From: Mobula hypostoma
Taxonomy: Eukaryota
Reading direction: 5' to 3'
Assembly (NCBI RefSeq): GCF_963921235.1
Contig: NC_086109.1
Coordinates: 1,552,001-1,616,000, forward strand
DNA: 64,000 nucleotides
Shown here: positions 32,306 to 46,100 of the stretch, in pieces
How the letters are laid out: the number at the start of each line of letters is the position of its first letter
Numbering within the stretch: position 1 is the first letter of the stretch
Notes under the pieces: model-generated
The model's input: only the letters and a program-made list of their open reading frames with translations
Database searches by the model: none
Told to the model about the DNA's origin: nothing
Position numbers and translations under genes: made by a program

Positions 32306-35300
32306 AGAGCCCGGCCCTGTAGCACAGAAGGGTAGGGAAAGGAAGAGGAGGGCAGTTGTGATAGGGGACTCGATAGTAAGGGGGTCAGATAGGCGATTCT
32401 GTGGACGCAGTCCAGAGACCCGGATGGTAGTTTGCCTCCCTGGTGCCAGGGTCCGGGATATTTCTGATGGTGTTCAAGATATCCTGAAGTGGGAGGGTGA
32501 GGAGCCAGAGGTCGTGGTACATATAGGTACCAATGACATAGGTAGGAAAAGGGAAGAGGTCCTGAAAGGAGAATATAGGGAGCTAGGAAGGGAGTTGAGA
32601 AAAAGGACCGCAAAGGTAGTAATCTCGGGATTACTGCCTGTGCCACGCGACAGTGAGAGTAGGAATGCGATGAGGTGGAGGATAAATGCATGGCTGAGGG
32701 ATTAGAGCAGGAGGCAGGGATTCAAGTTTTTGGATCATTGGGACCTCTTTTGGTGCAGGTGTGACCTGTACAAAAAGGACGGGTTACACTTGAATCCTAG
32801 GGGGACCAAAATCCTGGCAGGGAGATTAGCGAGGGCTACTGAGGTGACTTTAAACTAGAATGGTTGGGGGGTGGGAATCAAATTAAAGAGGCTAGGTGAG
32901 AGGAGGTTAGTTCACAACAGGGGGATGGGAACCAGTGCAGAGAGACAGAGGGGTGTAAAGTGAGGGTAGAAGCAAAAAGTACTAAGGAGAAAAGTAAAAG
33001 TGGCAGGCCAACAAATCCAGGGCAAGCATCAAAAAGGGCCACTTTTCAACATAATTGTATAAGGGCTAAGAGAGTTGTAAAAGAAGGCTGAAGGCTTTGT
33101 GTGTCAATGCAAGGAGCATTCGTAATAAGGTGGATGAATTAAAAGTGCAGATTGTTATTAATGATTATGATATACTTGGGATCACAGAGACATGGCTCCA
33201 GGGTGACCAAGGATGGGAGCTCAACGTTCAGGGATATTCAATATTCAGGACGGATAGACATGAAAGAAAAGGAGGTGGGGTGGCGTTGCTGGTTAAAGAT
33301 GAGATTAATGCAATAGAAAGGAAGGACATAAGCCGGGAAGATGTGGAATCGATATGGGTAGAGCTGCATAACACTAAGGGGCATAAAATCTGGTGGGAGT
33401 TGTGTACAGGCCACCTAACAGTAGTAGTGAGGTCGGAGATGGTATTAAACAGGAAATTAGAAATGTGTGCAATAAAGGAACAGCAGTTATAATGGGTGAC
33501 TTCAATCTACATGTAGATTGGGTGAACCAAATTGGTAAGGGTGCTGAGGAAGAGGATTTCTTGGAATGTATGCGGGATGGTTTTCTGAACCAACATGTCG
33601 TGGAACCAACTAGAGAGCAGGCTATTCTAGACTGGGTTTTGAGCAATGAGGAAGGGTTAATTAGCAATCTTGTCGTGAGAGGCCCCTTGGGTAAGAGTGA
33701 CCATAATATGGTGGAATGTTTCATTAAGATGGAGAGTGACATAGTTAATTCAGAAACAAAGGTTCTGAACTTAAAGAGCGGTAACTTTGAAGGTATGAGA
33801 CATGAATTAGCTAAGATAAACTGGCAAATGACACTTAAAGGATTGACGGTGGATATGCAATGGCAAGCATTTAAAGATTGCATGGATGAACTACAACAAT
33901 TGTTCATCCCAGTTTGGCAAAAGAATAAACCAGGGAAGGTAGTGCACCCGTGGCTGACAAGAGAAATTAGGGATAGTATCAATTCCAAAGAAGAAGCATA
34001 CAAATTAGCCAGTAAAAGTGGCTCACCTGAGGACTGAGAGAAATTCAGGGTTCAGCAGAGGAGGACAAAGGGCTTAATTAGGAAGGGGAAAAAAGATTAT
34101 GAGAGAAAACTGGCAGGGAACATAAAAACTGACTGTTAAAGCTTTTATAGATATGTAAAAAGGAAAAGACTGGTAAAGACAAATGTAGGTCCCCTACAGA
34201 CAGAAACAGGTGAATTGATTATGGGGAGCAAGGACATGGCAGACCAATTGAATAATTACTTTGGTTCTGTCTTCACTAAGGAGGACATAAATAATCTTCC
34301 AGAAATAGTAGGGGACAGAGGGTCCCGTGAGATGGAGGAACTGAGCGAAATACATGTTAGTAGGGAAGTGGTATTAGGTAAATTGAAGGGATTAAAGGCA
34401 GATAAATTCCCAGGGCCAGATGGTCTGCATCCCAGAGTGCTTAAGGAAGTATCCCAAGAAATAGTGGATGCATTAGTGATAATTTTTCAAAACTCATTAG
34501 ATTCTGGACTAGTTCTTGAGGATTGGAGGGTGGCTAATGTAACCCCTCTTTTTAAAAAAGGAAGGAGAGAGAAACCGGGGAATTATAGACCGGTTAGCCC
34601 AACGTCGGTGGTGGGGAAACTGCTGAAGACAGTTATCAAAGATGTGATAACAGCACATTTGGAAAGCGGTGAAATCATCGGACAAAGTCAGCATGGATTT
34701 GTGAAAGGAAAATCATGTCTGACGAATCTCATAGAATTTTTTGAGGATGTAACTAGTAGAGTGGATAGGGGAGAACCAGTGGATGTGGTATATTTGGATT
34801 TTCAAAAGGCTTTTGACAAGGTCCCACACAGGAGATTAGTGTGCAAACTTAAAGCACATGGTATTGGAGGTAAGGTATTGATGTGGATAGAGAATTGGTT
34901 AGCAGACAGGAAGCAAAGTGTGGGAATAAATGAGACCTTTTCAGAATGGCAGGCAGTGACTAGTGGGATACCGCAAGGCTCAGTGCTGGGACCCCAGTTG
35001 TTTACAATATATATTAATGACTTGGATGAGGGAATTAAATGCAGCATCTCCAAGTTTGCGGATGACACGAAGCTGGGCGGCAGTGTTAGCTGTGAGGAGG
35101 ATGCTAAGAGGATGCAGGGTGACTTGGATAGGTTGGGTGAGTGGGCAAATTCATGGCAGATGCAATTTAATGTGGATAAATGTGAAGTTACAGGAGCAGG
35201 GAGGTACTACTGCAGTTGTACAAGGCCTTGGTGAGATCACACCTGGAGCATTGTGTGCAGTTTTGGTCCCCTAATCTGAGGAAAGACATCCTTGCCATAG

Positions 35301-35808
35301 AGGGAGTACAAAGAAGGTTCACCAGATTGATTCCTGGGATGGCAGGACTTTCATATGAAGAAAGACTGGATGAGCTAGGCTTGTACTCGTTGGAATTTAG
35401 AAGATTGAGGGGGGATCTGATTGAAACGTATAAAATCCTAAAGGGATTGGACAGGCTAGATGCAGGAAGATTGTTCCCAATGTTGGGGAAGTCCAGAATG
35501 AGGGGTCACAGTTTGAGGATAAGGGGGAAGCCTTTTAGGACTGAGATTAGGAAAAACTTCCTCACATAGAGAGTGGTGAATCTGTGGAATTCTCTGCCAC
35601 AGGAAACAGTTGAGGCCAGTTCATTGGCTATATTTCAGAGGGAGTTAGATATAGCCCTTGTGGCTACGGGGATCAGGGGGTATGGAGGGAAGGCTGGGGC
35701 GGGGTTCTAAGTTGGATGATCAGCTATGATCATAATAAATGGCGGTGCAGGCTCGAAGGGCCGAATGGCGTACTCCTGCACCTATTTTCTACGTTTCTAT
35801 GTTTCTAT
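32306..35808 (+). mobile_element. CR1 family 'B' long copy (ORF1 SGNH/GDSL esterase, APE endonuclease, RT) inside the hAT
   Basis: IGDSIVRG...HIGTNDI; CVNARSIRNK...GITETW; MGDFN; SDHN; RT motifs; TSD gatac at 32301-32305 and 35809-35813; internal deletion near 35190. Confidence 0.93.
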
Positions 35809-38101
35809 GATACCCAAAATGAAATTATGGGTATTATGGCAGATATGGTCAGACGTGAAGTAAGTGCAGAAATCAAGGAAGCTGGATATTTTGCCAACAT
35901 GGTGGATGAAAGTACAGACTTGAGTAAAAAGGAGCAAATATCAGTGGTTGTGCGGTATTTGAATAACGAAACAGTGCTTGAAGAATTCTTGCACTTTACT
36001 CCAGCAAAAGTGTTGGAGGCAGAGTCGCTTCTTAAAAGCATTGAACAGACACTCGCCCAGTGTGTTATTGATAAGAACGCGTGTATAGGTCAGCGTTATG
36101 ACGGGGTGGCAGTGATGTCTGGGTGCAATAACAGGGTACAAGAGAGGTTCAGGAAAGAGGTCCCGCAGGCATTATATATACACTGCCATGCTCACAGACT
36201 TAACCTTGTTTTAGTGGATGTTGTGAGCAATGTACCACAAGCGGGCGGGTGAGTTTTTTGAAACTGTGCAGCTGCTTTACAACTTCTTTTCAAACTCTGT
36301 TGCCTATGATCTTTTCATGAAGAAACTGAGAGAACTGGAATTAACTGCACAGCCCATGGAGTTGAAGAAATTGTCAGATACACGCTGGGCATGGCAGTAT
36401 ACAGCTTTGTGGGCTATAAGGAAATCACTCCCTGCCATTCTAGCTACACTACAGGATATTATGGGTCAACCAAATGCATGGAGGAAACTGGAGGCCAGAG
36501 CTGTAAATGGTCTGATTGACGAGCAGTTTGCTTTACTTCTCACTCTGTTTGAGGATTTATTCCGAGTCACCAAGTTCATGTCAGACCAGCTACAATCTCC
36601 CAGTTTGGAGCTTTCATCCGCTGTGGACTTGGCTCAGTCTGTTATCGATGCACTCTCAGCAAAACGGGGAGGGGAATCATGGAGTGAAATTCAGACAAGA
36701 TCTAGGGACCTGTGCGTCAAGGCCGGTATACAGAGCAGACCACATGAAAGGAGACAGGCCCAGCCACCCCGCCGCCTACATGATTTTGTTGTTGGGGCCC
36801 AAAATGAACGCACACCTGTCACATCCTCTGATGACCTTCGCAACCACTGTTTCTATCCAGTTATGGACAGACTTCTGACTGAAATGAAAAGACAGTTCTT
36901 AATTGAGAATGGGGGTGTTCTGACTGGAGTCTCAGCATTGAGTCCCAAACACAAGTCCTTCCTAGACAAGAATTGTCTTTGGCCAGTGGCCCAATACTAT
37001 GGAGTGACTGAAGTGACCCTGATTGCCGAGCTACATCAGGTTCGGCGTCTGCTGGAAAGAAAACAAAAGCAAGGACAGACAGTGAATGACACAGTGGAGT
37101 TTCTAGCTCCAATGAGACCCTACCGCGATGCATTTATAGATTTATACAAACTAATCTACATATCACTGATTCTACCTGTGACATCTGCCTCATGCAAACG
37201 GAGTTTCTCTTGCCTCAGACGCATCAAAAGCTACCTAAGGAATAGCAGCGGCGATGCTCGGAACAGCAACTTGGCCCTGTTGGCCATAAACAGCCGGAGG
37301 ACCAAAGCACTTGACATCCAGAAAATCATTGGTACTTTCGCCAGCAGTCACAACAGACGCACTGTGCTTCTCTGAAGATATCAATGGTGAGTGCAGTTGC
37401 TTTTAAAAAAAAAAAATTTGGGCCAAAACAAATGCTGATTATTATTATTATCATTTTGTGGTGGATACCCCATAGTCCCTATGTTTCCTGCAAATCCTAA
37501 AATATTACATTTACTGCTATTAAGCTTGCTTAATTTTTGCTTAGACTTCCAAGCAGTGATTCTGTTGATTTTTGTTTTAAATTCATTAGCCAAATTAATT
37601 GAGGTATTGCATAGTCAGAGTATGATTTGTCCAACTCCTGGTAAAGCCTTGCATCTGTTGTTTGCCTTATTTGACTTTAATAATGGTGTATCATTTTGCA
37701 TTGACTGTCTATGTAATGCAAATAGCAGTGGACATTGTGGGTTAGTGTTGTGTTTTTCAGTTGAAAAGCACGCATTTGAGGCTGATTTCGGGATTGGTAC
37801 GTGATTCACGTGGGTCGGATGCTCTGTTGGTTTGTTTGTTTATGCTCTGTGTAGCCCGGGTTGTCTCTGATGCTGTTGACACTGTTACAGTTCACTTCTA
37901 TATTAGATCTATCAATTGCTGTTGCTTGTGAATCAACAGAAGCATTTGTAGTAGGCACGTAATGCTTGAAACTGACTTTTGAACGCCACGCGCCTGGCCT
38001 TGCGAATACATATTACCATACAGCACATCCCTCAGCACCATCACTGAATAATTCAGCCCCACTATAACACCAGCAAGAAAAAATCTCTAGCGCTGCTACT
38101 G

Positions 38102-39257
38102 GGGTGAAGTTGAGAAACTGCAAGGGTAAAAAAAACATTATGGGAATCATATATAGGCCTCCAAATAGTATACAAGATGTGGGGTTATTGCAAATGGAAC
38201 TGGAAAAGGCATTTAATAAAGGTAATGACACAATTGTAATGGGGGACTTCAATGTGCAAGAGGATTGGGAAAATCAGGTTGGTGTCAGATCGCAAGAGAG
38301 GGAATTTGTTGAATGCCTAGGAGGTGGCTTTTTAGAGCAGCTTGTGCTTGAGCCTACTCGGGGAAAGGCTGTTTTAGATTGGGTGTTGTGTAATAACCCA
38401 GATCTTAATAGGGAGCTTAATGTAAAGGAACCTTTAGGAGGTGGTGATCATAATATGATTGAATTCATACTGCAGTTTGAAAGGGAGAAGCATAACTCAC
38501 ATGTATCAATATCACAATGGAATAAAAGGAATTACAGAGTCATAAGAGAGGAGCTTACCCAGGTGGATAGGAGGAGATTACTGGCAGGGATGTCGGCAGA
38601 GCAGAGATGGCTGAAGTTTCTGGGAACAGTTCACAAGACGCAGGATGGTTGTGTCCCACTGAAGAAGTTCTCAAATGGCAGGTCTAGGTAATCATGGCAG
38701 ACAAGGGAAGTTAAGGACTGTATAAAAACCAAGGAAGGTACTTACAAGGTAGCAAAAGTGAGTGGGAAGTTGGAAGCTTTTAAAATCCATCAAAATGCAA
38801 CTAAAAAAACAATTGAAAGGAAAAAAAGATGAAATATGAGAGAAAACTAGCCGATAATATAAAGCAGGATATTATTTTTTTCAGTTATATAAAGAGTAAA
38901 AGGGAGGCGGGACTTGATCTTGGACCACTGGGAAATGATCCTGGTGAGGTAGTAACGAGAGACAAAGAGATGGCAGATGAATGTAATGGGCACTTTGCAT
39001 CTGTCTTCCCTGTGGAAGACCCTAACAGTTTGTCAGTGGTCCATTAGTGTCAGGGAGCAGGAGTGAGTGCCATTGCTATCACAAGAGAAAATGTGCTAGG
39101 CAAACGCAAAGGTCTAAAGGTGTATAAGTCACCTGGACCAGATAGACTATGTCCCAGAGTCCTGAGAGAGGTTGCTGAAAAGATAGCAGATGCACTGGTT
39201 ATGATCTTTTAAGTATCACTTGATTCTGGCATGGTCCTGGAGGAATGGAATATTGCT
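38102..39257 (+). mobile_element. Older CR1 ORF2 continuation (endonuclease and tether)
   Basis: IYRPPNS, MGDFN, GDHN; resumes after the CR1-A insertion at about 41067 (NVTPLFKKG). Confidence 0.85.
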
Positions 39258-41066
39258 AAATGCAAGGCATTCTTCAATTATGTGAAGAAAAAAAGGATGA
39301 CAGGAGTGAAGGTAGGATCGATTAGAGATAAAGGTGGGAGGATGTGCCTGGAGGCTGTGGAAGTGAGCGAGTTCCTCAATGAATACTTCTCTTCGGTATT
39401 CACTAATGAGAGGGAACTTGATGATGGTGAGGACAATATGAGTGAGGTTGATGTTCTGGAGCATGCTGATATTAAGGGAGAGGAGGTGTTGGAGTTGTTA
39501 AAATACATTAGGACAGATAAGTCCCCGGGGCCTGACGGAATATTCCCCAGGCTGCTCCACGAGGCGAGAGAAGAGATTGCTGAGCCTCTAGCCAGGATCT
39601 TTATGTCCTCGTTGTCCACGGGAATGGTACCGGAGGATTGGAGGGAGGCGAATGTTGTCCCCTTGTTCAAAAAAGGTAGTAGGGATAGTCCGGGTAATTA
39701 TAGACCAGTGAGCCTTACGTCTGTGGTGGGAAAGCTGTTGGAAAAGATTCTTAGAGACAGGATCTATAGGCATTTAGAGAATCATGGTCTGATCAGGGAC
39801 AGTCAGCATGGATCTGTGAAGGGAAGATCGTGTCTAACAAGTCTGATAGAGTTCTTTGAGGAGGTGACCAGGCATGTAGATGAGGGTAGTGCAGTGGATG
39901 TGATTTATATGGATTTTAGTAAGGCATTTGACAAGGTTCCACATGATAGGCTTATTCAGAAAGTTAGAAGGCATGGGATCCAGGGAAGTTTGGCCAGGTG
40001 GATTCAGAATTGGCTTGCCTGCTGAAGGCAGAGGGTGGTGGTGGAGGGAGTACATTCAGATTGGAGGATTGTGACTAGTGGTGTCCCACAAGGATCTGTT
40101 CTGGGACCTCTACTTTTCGTGATTTTTATTAACGACCTGGATGTGGGGGTAGAAGGATGGGTTGGCAAGTTTGCAGATGACACAAAGGTTGGTGGTGTTG
40201 TAGATAGTGTAGAGGATTGTCAAAGATTGCAGAGAGACATTGATAGGATGCAGAAGTGGGCTGAGAAGTGGCAGATGGAGTTCAACCTGGAGAAGTGTGA
40301 GGTGGTACACTTTGGAAGGACAAACTCCAAGGCAGAGTACAAAGTAAATGGCAGGATACTTGGTGGTGTGGAGGAGCAGAGGGATCTCAGGGTACATGTC
40401 CACAGATCCCTGAAAGTTGCCTCACAGGTGGATAGGGTAGTTAAGAAAGCTTATGGGGTGTTAGCTTTCATAAGTCGAGGGATAGAGTGTAAGAGTCGCG
40501 ATGTAATGATGCAGCTCTATAAAACTCTGGTTAGGCCACACTTGGAGTACTGTGTCCAGTTCTGGTCACCTCACTATAGGAAGGATGTGGAAGCATTGGA
40601 AAGGGTACAGAGGAGATTTACCAGGATACTGCCTGGTTCAGAAAGTATGCATTATGATCAGAGATTAAGGGAGTTAGGGCTTTACTCTTTGGAGAGAAGG
40701 AGGATGAGAGGAGACATGATAGAGGTGTACAAGATAATAAGAGGATTAGATAGAGTGGATAGCCAGCGCCTCTTCCCCAGGGCACCACTGCTCAATACAA
40801 GAGGACATAGCTTTAAGGTAAGGGGTGGGAAGTTCAAGGGGGATATTAGAGGAAGGTTTTTTACTCAGAGAGTGGTTGGTGCGTGGAATGCACTGCCTGA
40901 GTCAGTGGTGGAGGCAGATACACTAGTGAAGTTTAAGAGACTACTAGACAGGTATATGGAGGAATCTAAGGTGGGGGCTTATATGGGAGACAGGGTTTGA
41001 GGGTCGGCACAACATTGTGTGCTGAAGGGCCTGTACTGTGCTGTACTAATCTATGTTCTATGTTCT
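39258..41066 (+). mobile_element. CR1 family 'A' copy with near-complete RT
   Basis: SPGPDG, NYRPVSLTS, YMDFSKAFDKV, FADD, tail tctatgttctatgttct; one in-frame stop at 40023-40025. Confidence 0.93.
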
Positions 41067-41149
41067 AATGTCACTCCACTCTTTAAGAAGGGAGGAAGGC
41101 AAAAGAAAGGAAATATAAGCCAGGTAGCTAGGACCAGCTAGCACAGCCT

Positions 41150-41430
41150 TAAAATATTGGGACGTCCTTTTAGGACAGGGATGAGGAAGAATTTCTTTAG
41201 CCAGAGGGTGGTGAATCTGTGGAATTCATTGCCACAGCTGGTAGTGGAGACCAGGTCATTAAGTGTATTTAAGGCGGAGGTTGATAGATTCTTGATTAAT
41301 CAGGGCATGAAATGTTATGGGGAGAGGGCAGGAGAATGGGTTGAGAGGGAAATGGGTCAGTCATGATCAAATGGTGGAACAGACTCAATGGGTCAAATAG
41401 CCTAATTCTGTTCCAGTATCATATCGTCCA
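41150..41430 (+). mobile_element. CR1 3' fragment
   Basis: FFSQRVVNLWNSLP plus 3'UTR. Confidence 0.75.
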
Positions 41431-41589
41431 ATAAGTTCACCTCAATAGCCGTCTGTGCCAATGAATTCCACAGATTTACTACCCTCTGGCTGAAGAAATT
41501 CCTCCTCATCTCCGTTCTAAAGGGACTTCTGTTCTGGGGCTGTGGTCTCTGGTCCTAAACTCTCCCACTATAGGAATCAGCACTATAGC

Positions 41590-42066
41590 AACCTGATTCT
41601 GATCCTCCACATCAATCGGGTTTATTATCACCAGTATATGTCATGAAATTTGTTCACCTAGCAGCAGCACTTCAATCTAATACATAATATAGAATAAAAA
41701 TATAATAATAAATAAGTGAATCAACTGCAGTGTGCATTAATTGAATAGAATAAAAATCGTACAAAAACAGAAATAATATATATTTAAAAAGTGAGGTAGT
41801 GTTCCAGAGTCAATGTCCATTTAGGAATCAGATGGCAGAGGGGAAGAAGCTGTTCCTGAATCGCTGAGTGTGTGCCTTCAGGCTTCTGTACCTCCTACCT
41901 GATGGTAACAGTGAGAAAAGGGCATGCCCTGGGTGCTGGAGGTCCTTAATAATGGACGCTGCCTTTCTGAGACACTGCTCCTTGAAGATGTCCTGGGTAA
42001 TTTGTAGGCAAGTACCCAAGATGGAGCTGACTAAATTTACAACCCTCTGTAGCTTCTTTCGGTCCT
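41590..42066 (-). mobile_element. Rex1/Babar-like LINE 3' fragment
   Basis: KAASIIKDLQHPGHALFSLLPSGRRYRSL. Confidence 0.8.
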
Positions 42067-42069
42067 GTG

Positions 42070-42700
42070 CACATCTACTCTAACTAGGCCTTACAATATT
42101 TGGTAGAACCCCTTCATTCTTCTAACCTCTAGCAAGTAGGCCCTGAGCCATCAAACACTTCTCATAATATTAGTCCTTTCATTCCTGGGATCAATTTTGT
42201 AAACCTCTTCTGGATCCTCTCCAATGTCAGCATATCTATTCTTAGATATATGGTCCTAACTGCCTGCAATACTCCAAATGGGTCTGACCAACTCTTTCTA
42301 AGCCTCAGTGTTACATCCTTGCTTTTACATTCTAGTCCTCTTGAATGAATGCTAACATCGCATTTCCTTCCTTATCACTGACTCAATTTGTGAGTTAACC
42401 TTCCTGTACTAGGACTCCCAAGTGACTCTTGAAAGATCAAAACTAATGCCTCGACAATCTCTTCAGCTTCCTCTTTCAGAACCCTGGAGTGCAGTCCGTC
42501 TGGTCCAGTGAGCTTACCTTCTTTCAGACCTTTCAGCTTCCTTGCCACCTTTTCCTCAGTAATAGCAACTACATTCACTTCTTCCAAGTGGCACTCTGGA
42601 ACTTCTGGTATGCTCTTGGTGTCTTCTACAGAGAATATCAACACTAAAGACATATTTAGTTTACCCAGCATTTGTTTGTCCCCAGCTACTATCTCTCCTG
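42070..42700 (-). mobile_element. Degraded CR1 fragments
   Basis: KLKGLK...TGPDGLHSRVLKE plus RT C-terminal remnants. Confidence 0.7.
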
Positions 42701-43130
42701 CGCTTTGATGGCCACTCTTGCATCTCTTTTAATCTTTCCTTTTCTTCTCCTTGAGCCTATCACCCCCATTGAGCACAGGCTGCTGACAGCGGCTTGCCCG
42801 AGTCCTCTGTCCTGGGCCAGTCTTTCAAGTCCAGGAGTAACCCATTTATACACCTTGCAGGCGAAGATCACTGCTCTCCCAGGGATGAGGCTTTTGGAGC
42901 TTCTGTTAGCATTTCTGTAGCACCGGGCTTTTATGGGATGGGACTGCTACCGTATGCCTATCACTCGCTCTTTCGCAACCGACCTTGAGGCTGTCCATGT
43001 CGAGATTTTCTTACTCTTTATATCTCTGCAAAACACTTCTGGTATATTATGTTATATTACTACCTATTTATCTAGTGGAAGATACAATGTAAATCTGGCC
43101 CTTCTGGGACAAATGAGCCACATTGGCCAG

Positions 43131-46100
43131 CTCCCCACCTCCTCACTTCCTCACCTCCCCACTTCCTCACCTCCCCACTTCCTCACCTCCCCTCCTCCCC
43201 ACTTTGCCACCTCCCCACTTCCTCACCTCACCACTTCCTCACCTCCCCTCCTCCCCACTTCCCCACCTCCCCACCTCCCCACTTCCTCACCTCCCCACTT
43301 CCTCACCTCCCCACCTCCCCACATCCCCTCCTCCCCACTTCCCCACCTCCCCACTTCCCCACCTCCCCACTTCCTCACCTCCCCTCCTCCCCACTTCCCC
43401 ACCTCCCCACTTCCTCACCTCCCCACTTCCCCACCTCCCCACCTCCCCACTTCCCACCTTCCTCACCTCCCCACCTCCCGACCTCCCCACTTCCAACCTC
43501 CCCACTTCCCCACCTCCCCACTTCCCACCTTCCCCACCTACCCACTTCCTCACCTCACCACTTCCTCAACTCCCCTCCTCCCCACTTCCCCACCTCCCCA
43601 CTTCACCTCCCCATTTCCTCACCTCCCCTACTCCCCACTTCCCCACCTCCCCACTTCCCCACCTCCCCACTTCCTCACCTCCCCACCTCCCCTCCTCCCC
43701 ACTTCCCCACCTCCCCACTTCCCCACCTCCCCACTTCCTCACCTCCCCTCCTCCCCACTTACCCACCTCCTCACCTCCCAACCTCCCCTCCTCCCCACTT
43801 CCCCACTTCCCCACCTCCCCACTTCCTCACCTCCCCTCCTCCCCAACTCCCCTCCTCCCCACTTCACCACCTCCCCACTTCCCACCTTCCTCACCTCCCC
43901 ACCTCCCCACCTCCCGACCTCCTCACTTCCTCACCTCCCCACTTCCAACCTCCCCACTTCCCCACCTCCCCACCTCCCCACTTCCCACCTTCCCCACCTC
44001 CCCACTTCCTCACCTCCCCTCCTCCCCACTTCCCCAACTCCCCACTTCCTCACCTCCCCACCTCCCCTCCTCCCCACTTCCACACCTCCCCACTTCCCCA
44101 CTTCCTCACCTCCCCACCTCCCCACTTCCCCACCTCCCCACGTCCTCACCTCCCCACGTCCTCACCTACCCTCCTCCCCACTTCCCCACCTCCCCACTTC
44201 CCCACCTCCCCACATCCTAACCTCCCCACTTCCTCACCTCCCCACCTCCCCACATCCCCTCCTCCCCACTTCCCCACCTCCCCACTTCCCCACCTCCCCA
44301 CTTCCTCACCTCCCCTCCTCCCCACTTCCCCACCTCCCCACTTCCTCACCTCCCCACCTCCCCTCCTCCCCACTTCCCCACCTCCCCACTTCCCACCTTC
44401 CTCACATCCCCACCTCCCCACTTCCCCACCTCCCCACTTCCCTCACCTCCCCACTTCCAACCTCCCCACTTCCCCACCTCCCCACCTCCCCACTTCCCAC
44501 CTTCCCCACCTACCCACTTCCTCACCTCCCCACTTCCTCACCTCCCCTCCTCCCCACTTCCCCATCTCCCCACTTCCTCACCTCCCCACTTCCTCACCTC
44601 CCCTCCTCCCCACTTCCCCACCTCCCCACCTCCCCACTTCCTCACCTCCCCACTTCCTCACCTCCCCACCTCCCTTCCTCCCCACTTCCCCACCTCCCCA
44701 CTTCCCCACCTCCCCACTTCCTCACCTCCCCTCCTCCCCACTTCCCCACCTCCCCACTTCCTCACCTCCCCACCTCCCCTCCTCCCCACTTCCCCACCTC
44801 CCCACTTCCCCACCTCCCCACTTCCTCACCTCCCCTCCTCCCCACTTCCCCACCTCCCCACTTCCCACCTTATTCACCTCCCCACCTCCCGACCTCCTCA
44901 CTTCCTCACCTCCCCACTTCCAACCTCCCCACTTCCCCACCTCCCCACTTCCCACCTTCCCCACCTCCCCACTTCTTCACCTCCCCACCTCCTCACCTCC
45001 CCGCCTCCCCACTTCCCCAACTCCCCACTTCCTCACCTCCCCACCTCCCCACCTCCCCTCCTCCCCACTTCCACACCTCCCCACTTCCCCACTTCCTCAC
45101 CTCCCCACCTCCCTACCTCCCCACCTCCTCACCTCCCCACTTCCTCACCTCCCCACCTCCTCAACTCCCCACCTCCTCACTTCCCCACCTCCCCACTTCC
45201 CACCTTCCTCACCTCCCCACCTCCCCACTTCCTCACCTCCCCACCTCTTCACCTCCCCACCTCCTCACCTCCCCACTTCCTCACCTCCCCACCCCCTCAC
45301 CTCCCCACCTCCTCACCTCCCCACCTCCTCACTTCCCCTCCTCCCCACTTCCCCACCTCCCCACTTCCTCACCTCCCCACATCCCCACCTCCCCTCCTCC
45401 CCACATCCCCACCTCCCCTCCTCCCCACTTCCCCACCTCACCACTTCCTCACCTCCCCACCTCCCCTCCTCCCCACTTCCCCACCTCCCCACTTCCCACC
45501 TTCCCCACCTCCCCACTTCCTCACCTCCCCATCTCTTCACCTCCCCACCTGCTCACCTCCCCACTTCCCCACCTCACCTCCCTACGTCCCCACCTCCTCA
45601 CCTCCCCACCTCCTCACCTCCCCACCTCCTCACTTCCCCACCTCCCCACTTCCCCACTTATCACCTCCCCACTTCCTCACCTCCCCACCTCCCCACTTCC
45701 TCACCTCCCCTCCTCCCCACATCCCCACTTCCCCACCTCCCCCCTCCCCACCTCCCCACTTCCTCACCTCCCCACCTCCCCTCCTCCCCACTTCCCCACC
45801 TCCACACCTCCCCACTTCCCACCTTCCCCACCTCCCCACTTCCTCACCTCCCCACCTCTTCACCTCCCCACCTCTTCACCTCCCCACTTCCTCACCTTCC
45901 CAACCCCTCACCTTCCCACTTCCTCACCTCCCCACTTCCTCACCTCCCCTCCTCCCCGCTTCCCCACCTCCCCACTTCCTCACCTCCCCACCACCTCACC
46001 TCCCCACTTCCTCACCTCCCCACCTCTTCACCTCCCGACTTCCTCACCTCCCCAACCCCTCACCTCACCACCCCCTCACCTCACCACCTCCTCACCTCCC

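Larger units (their letters stand above)
30812..37375 (+). pseudogene. hAT transposase pseudogene (TTF-type zinc finger, DUF4371-like region, dimerisation domain)
   Basis: WLEYSITKDTAFCFACRHF; QNEIM...VDESTDLSKKEQISVVVRY; YDG..VMSG; YIHCHAHRLNL; TRW; LPVTSASCKRSFSCLRRIKSYLR. Broken by two insertions and by frameshifts. Confidence 0.88.
30471..38101 (+). mobile_element. hAT DNA transposon (Tip100/ZMYM1-like transposase), disrupted
   Basis: Imperfect TIRs cagggacagtgcta and tagcgctgctactg; 8-bp TSD gggtg(g/a)ag at 30463-30470 and 38102-38109. Confidence 0.9.

Noticed and set aside
36230..37375. 381-aa ORF as a host ZMYM1-like gene
   Set aside because: C-terminal part of a disrupted hAT transposase bounded by TIRs and a TSD.
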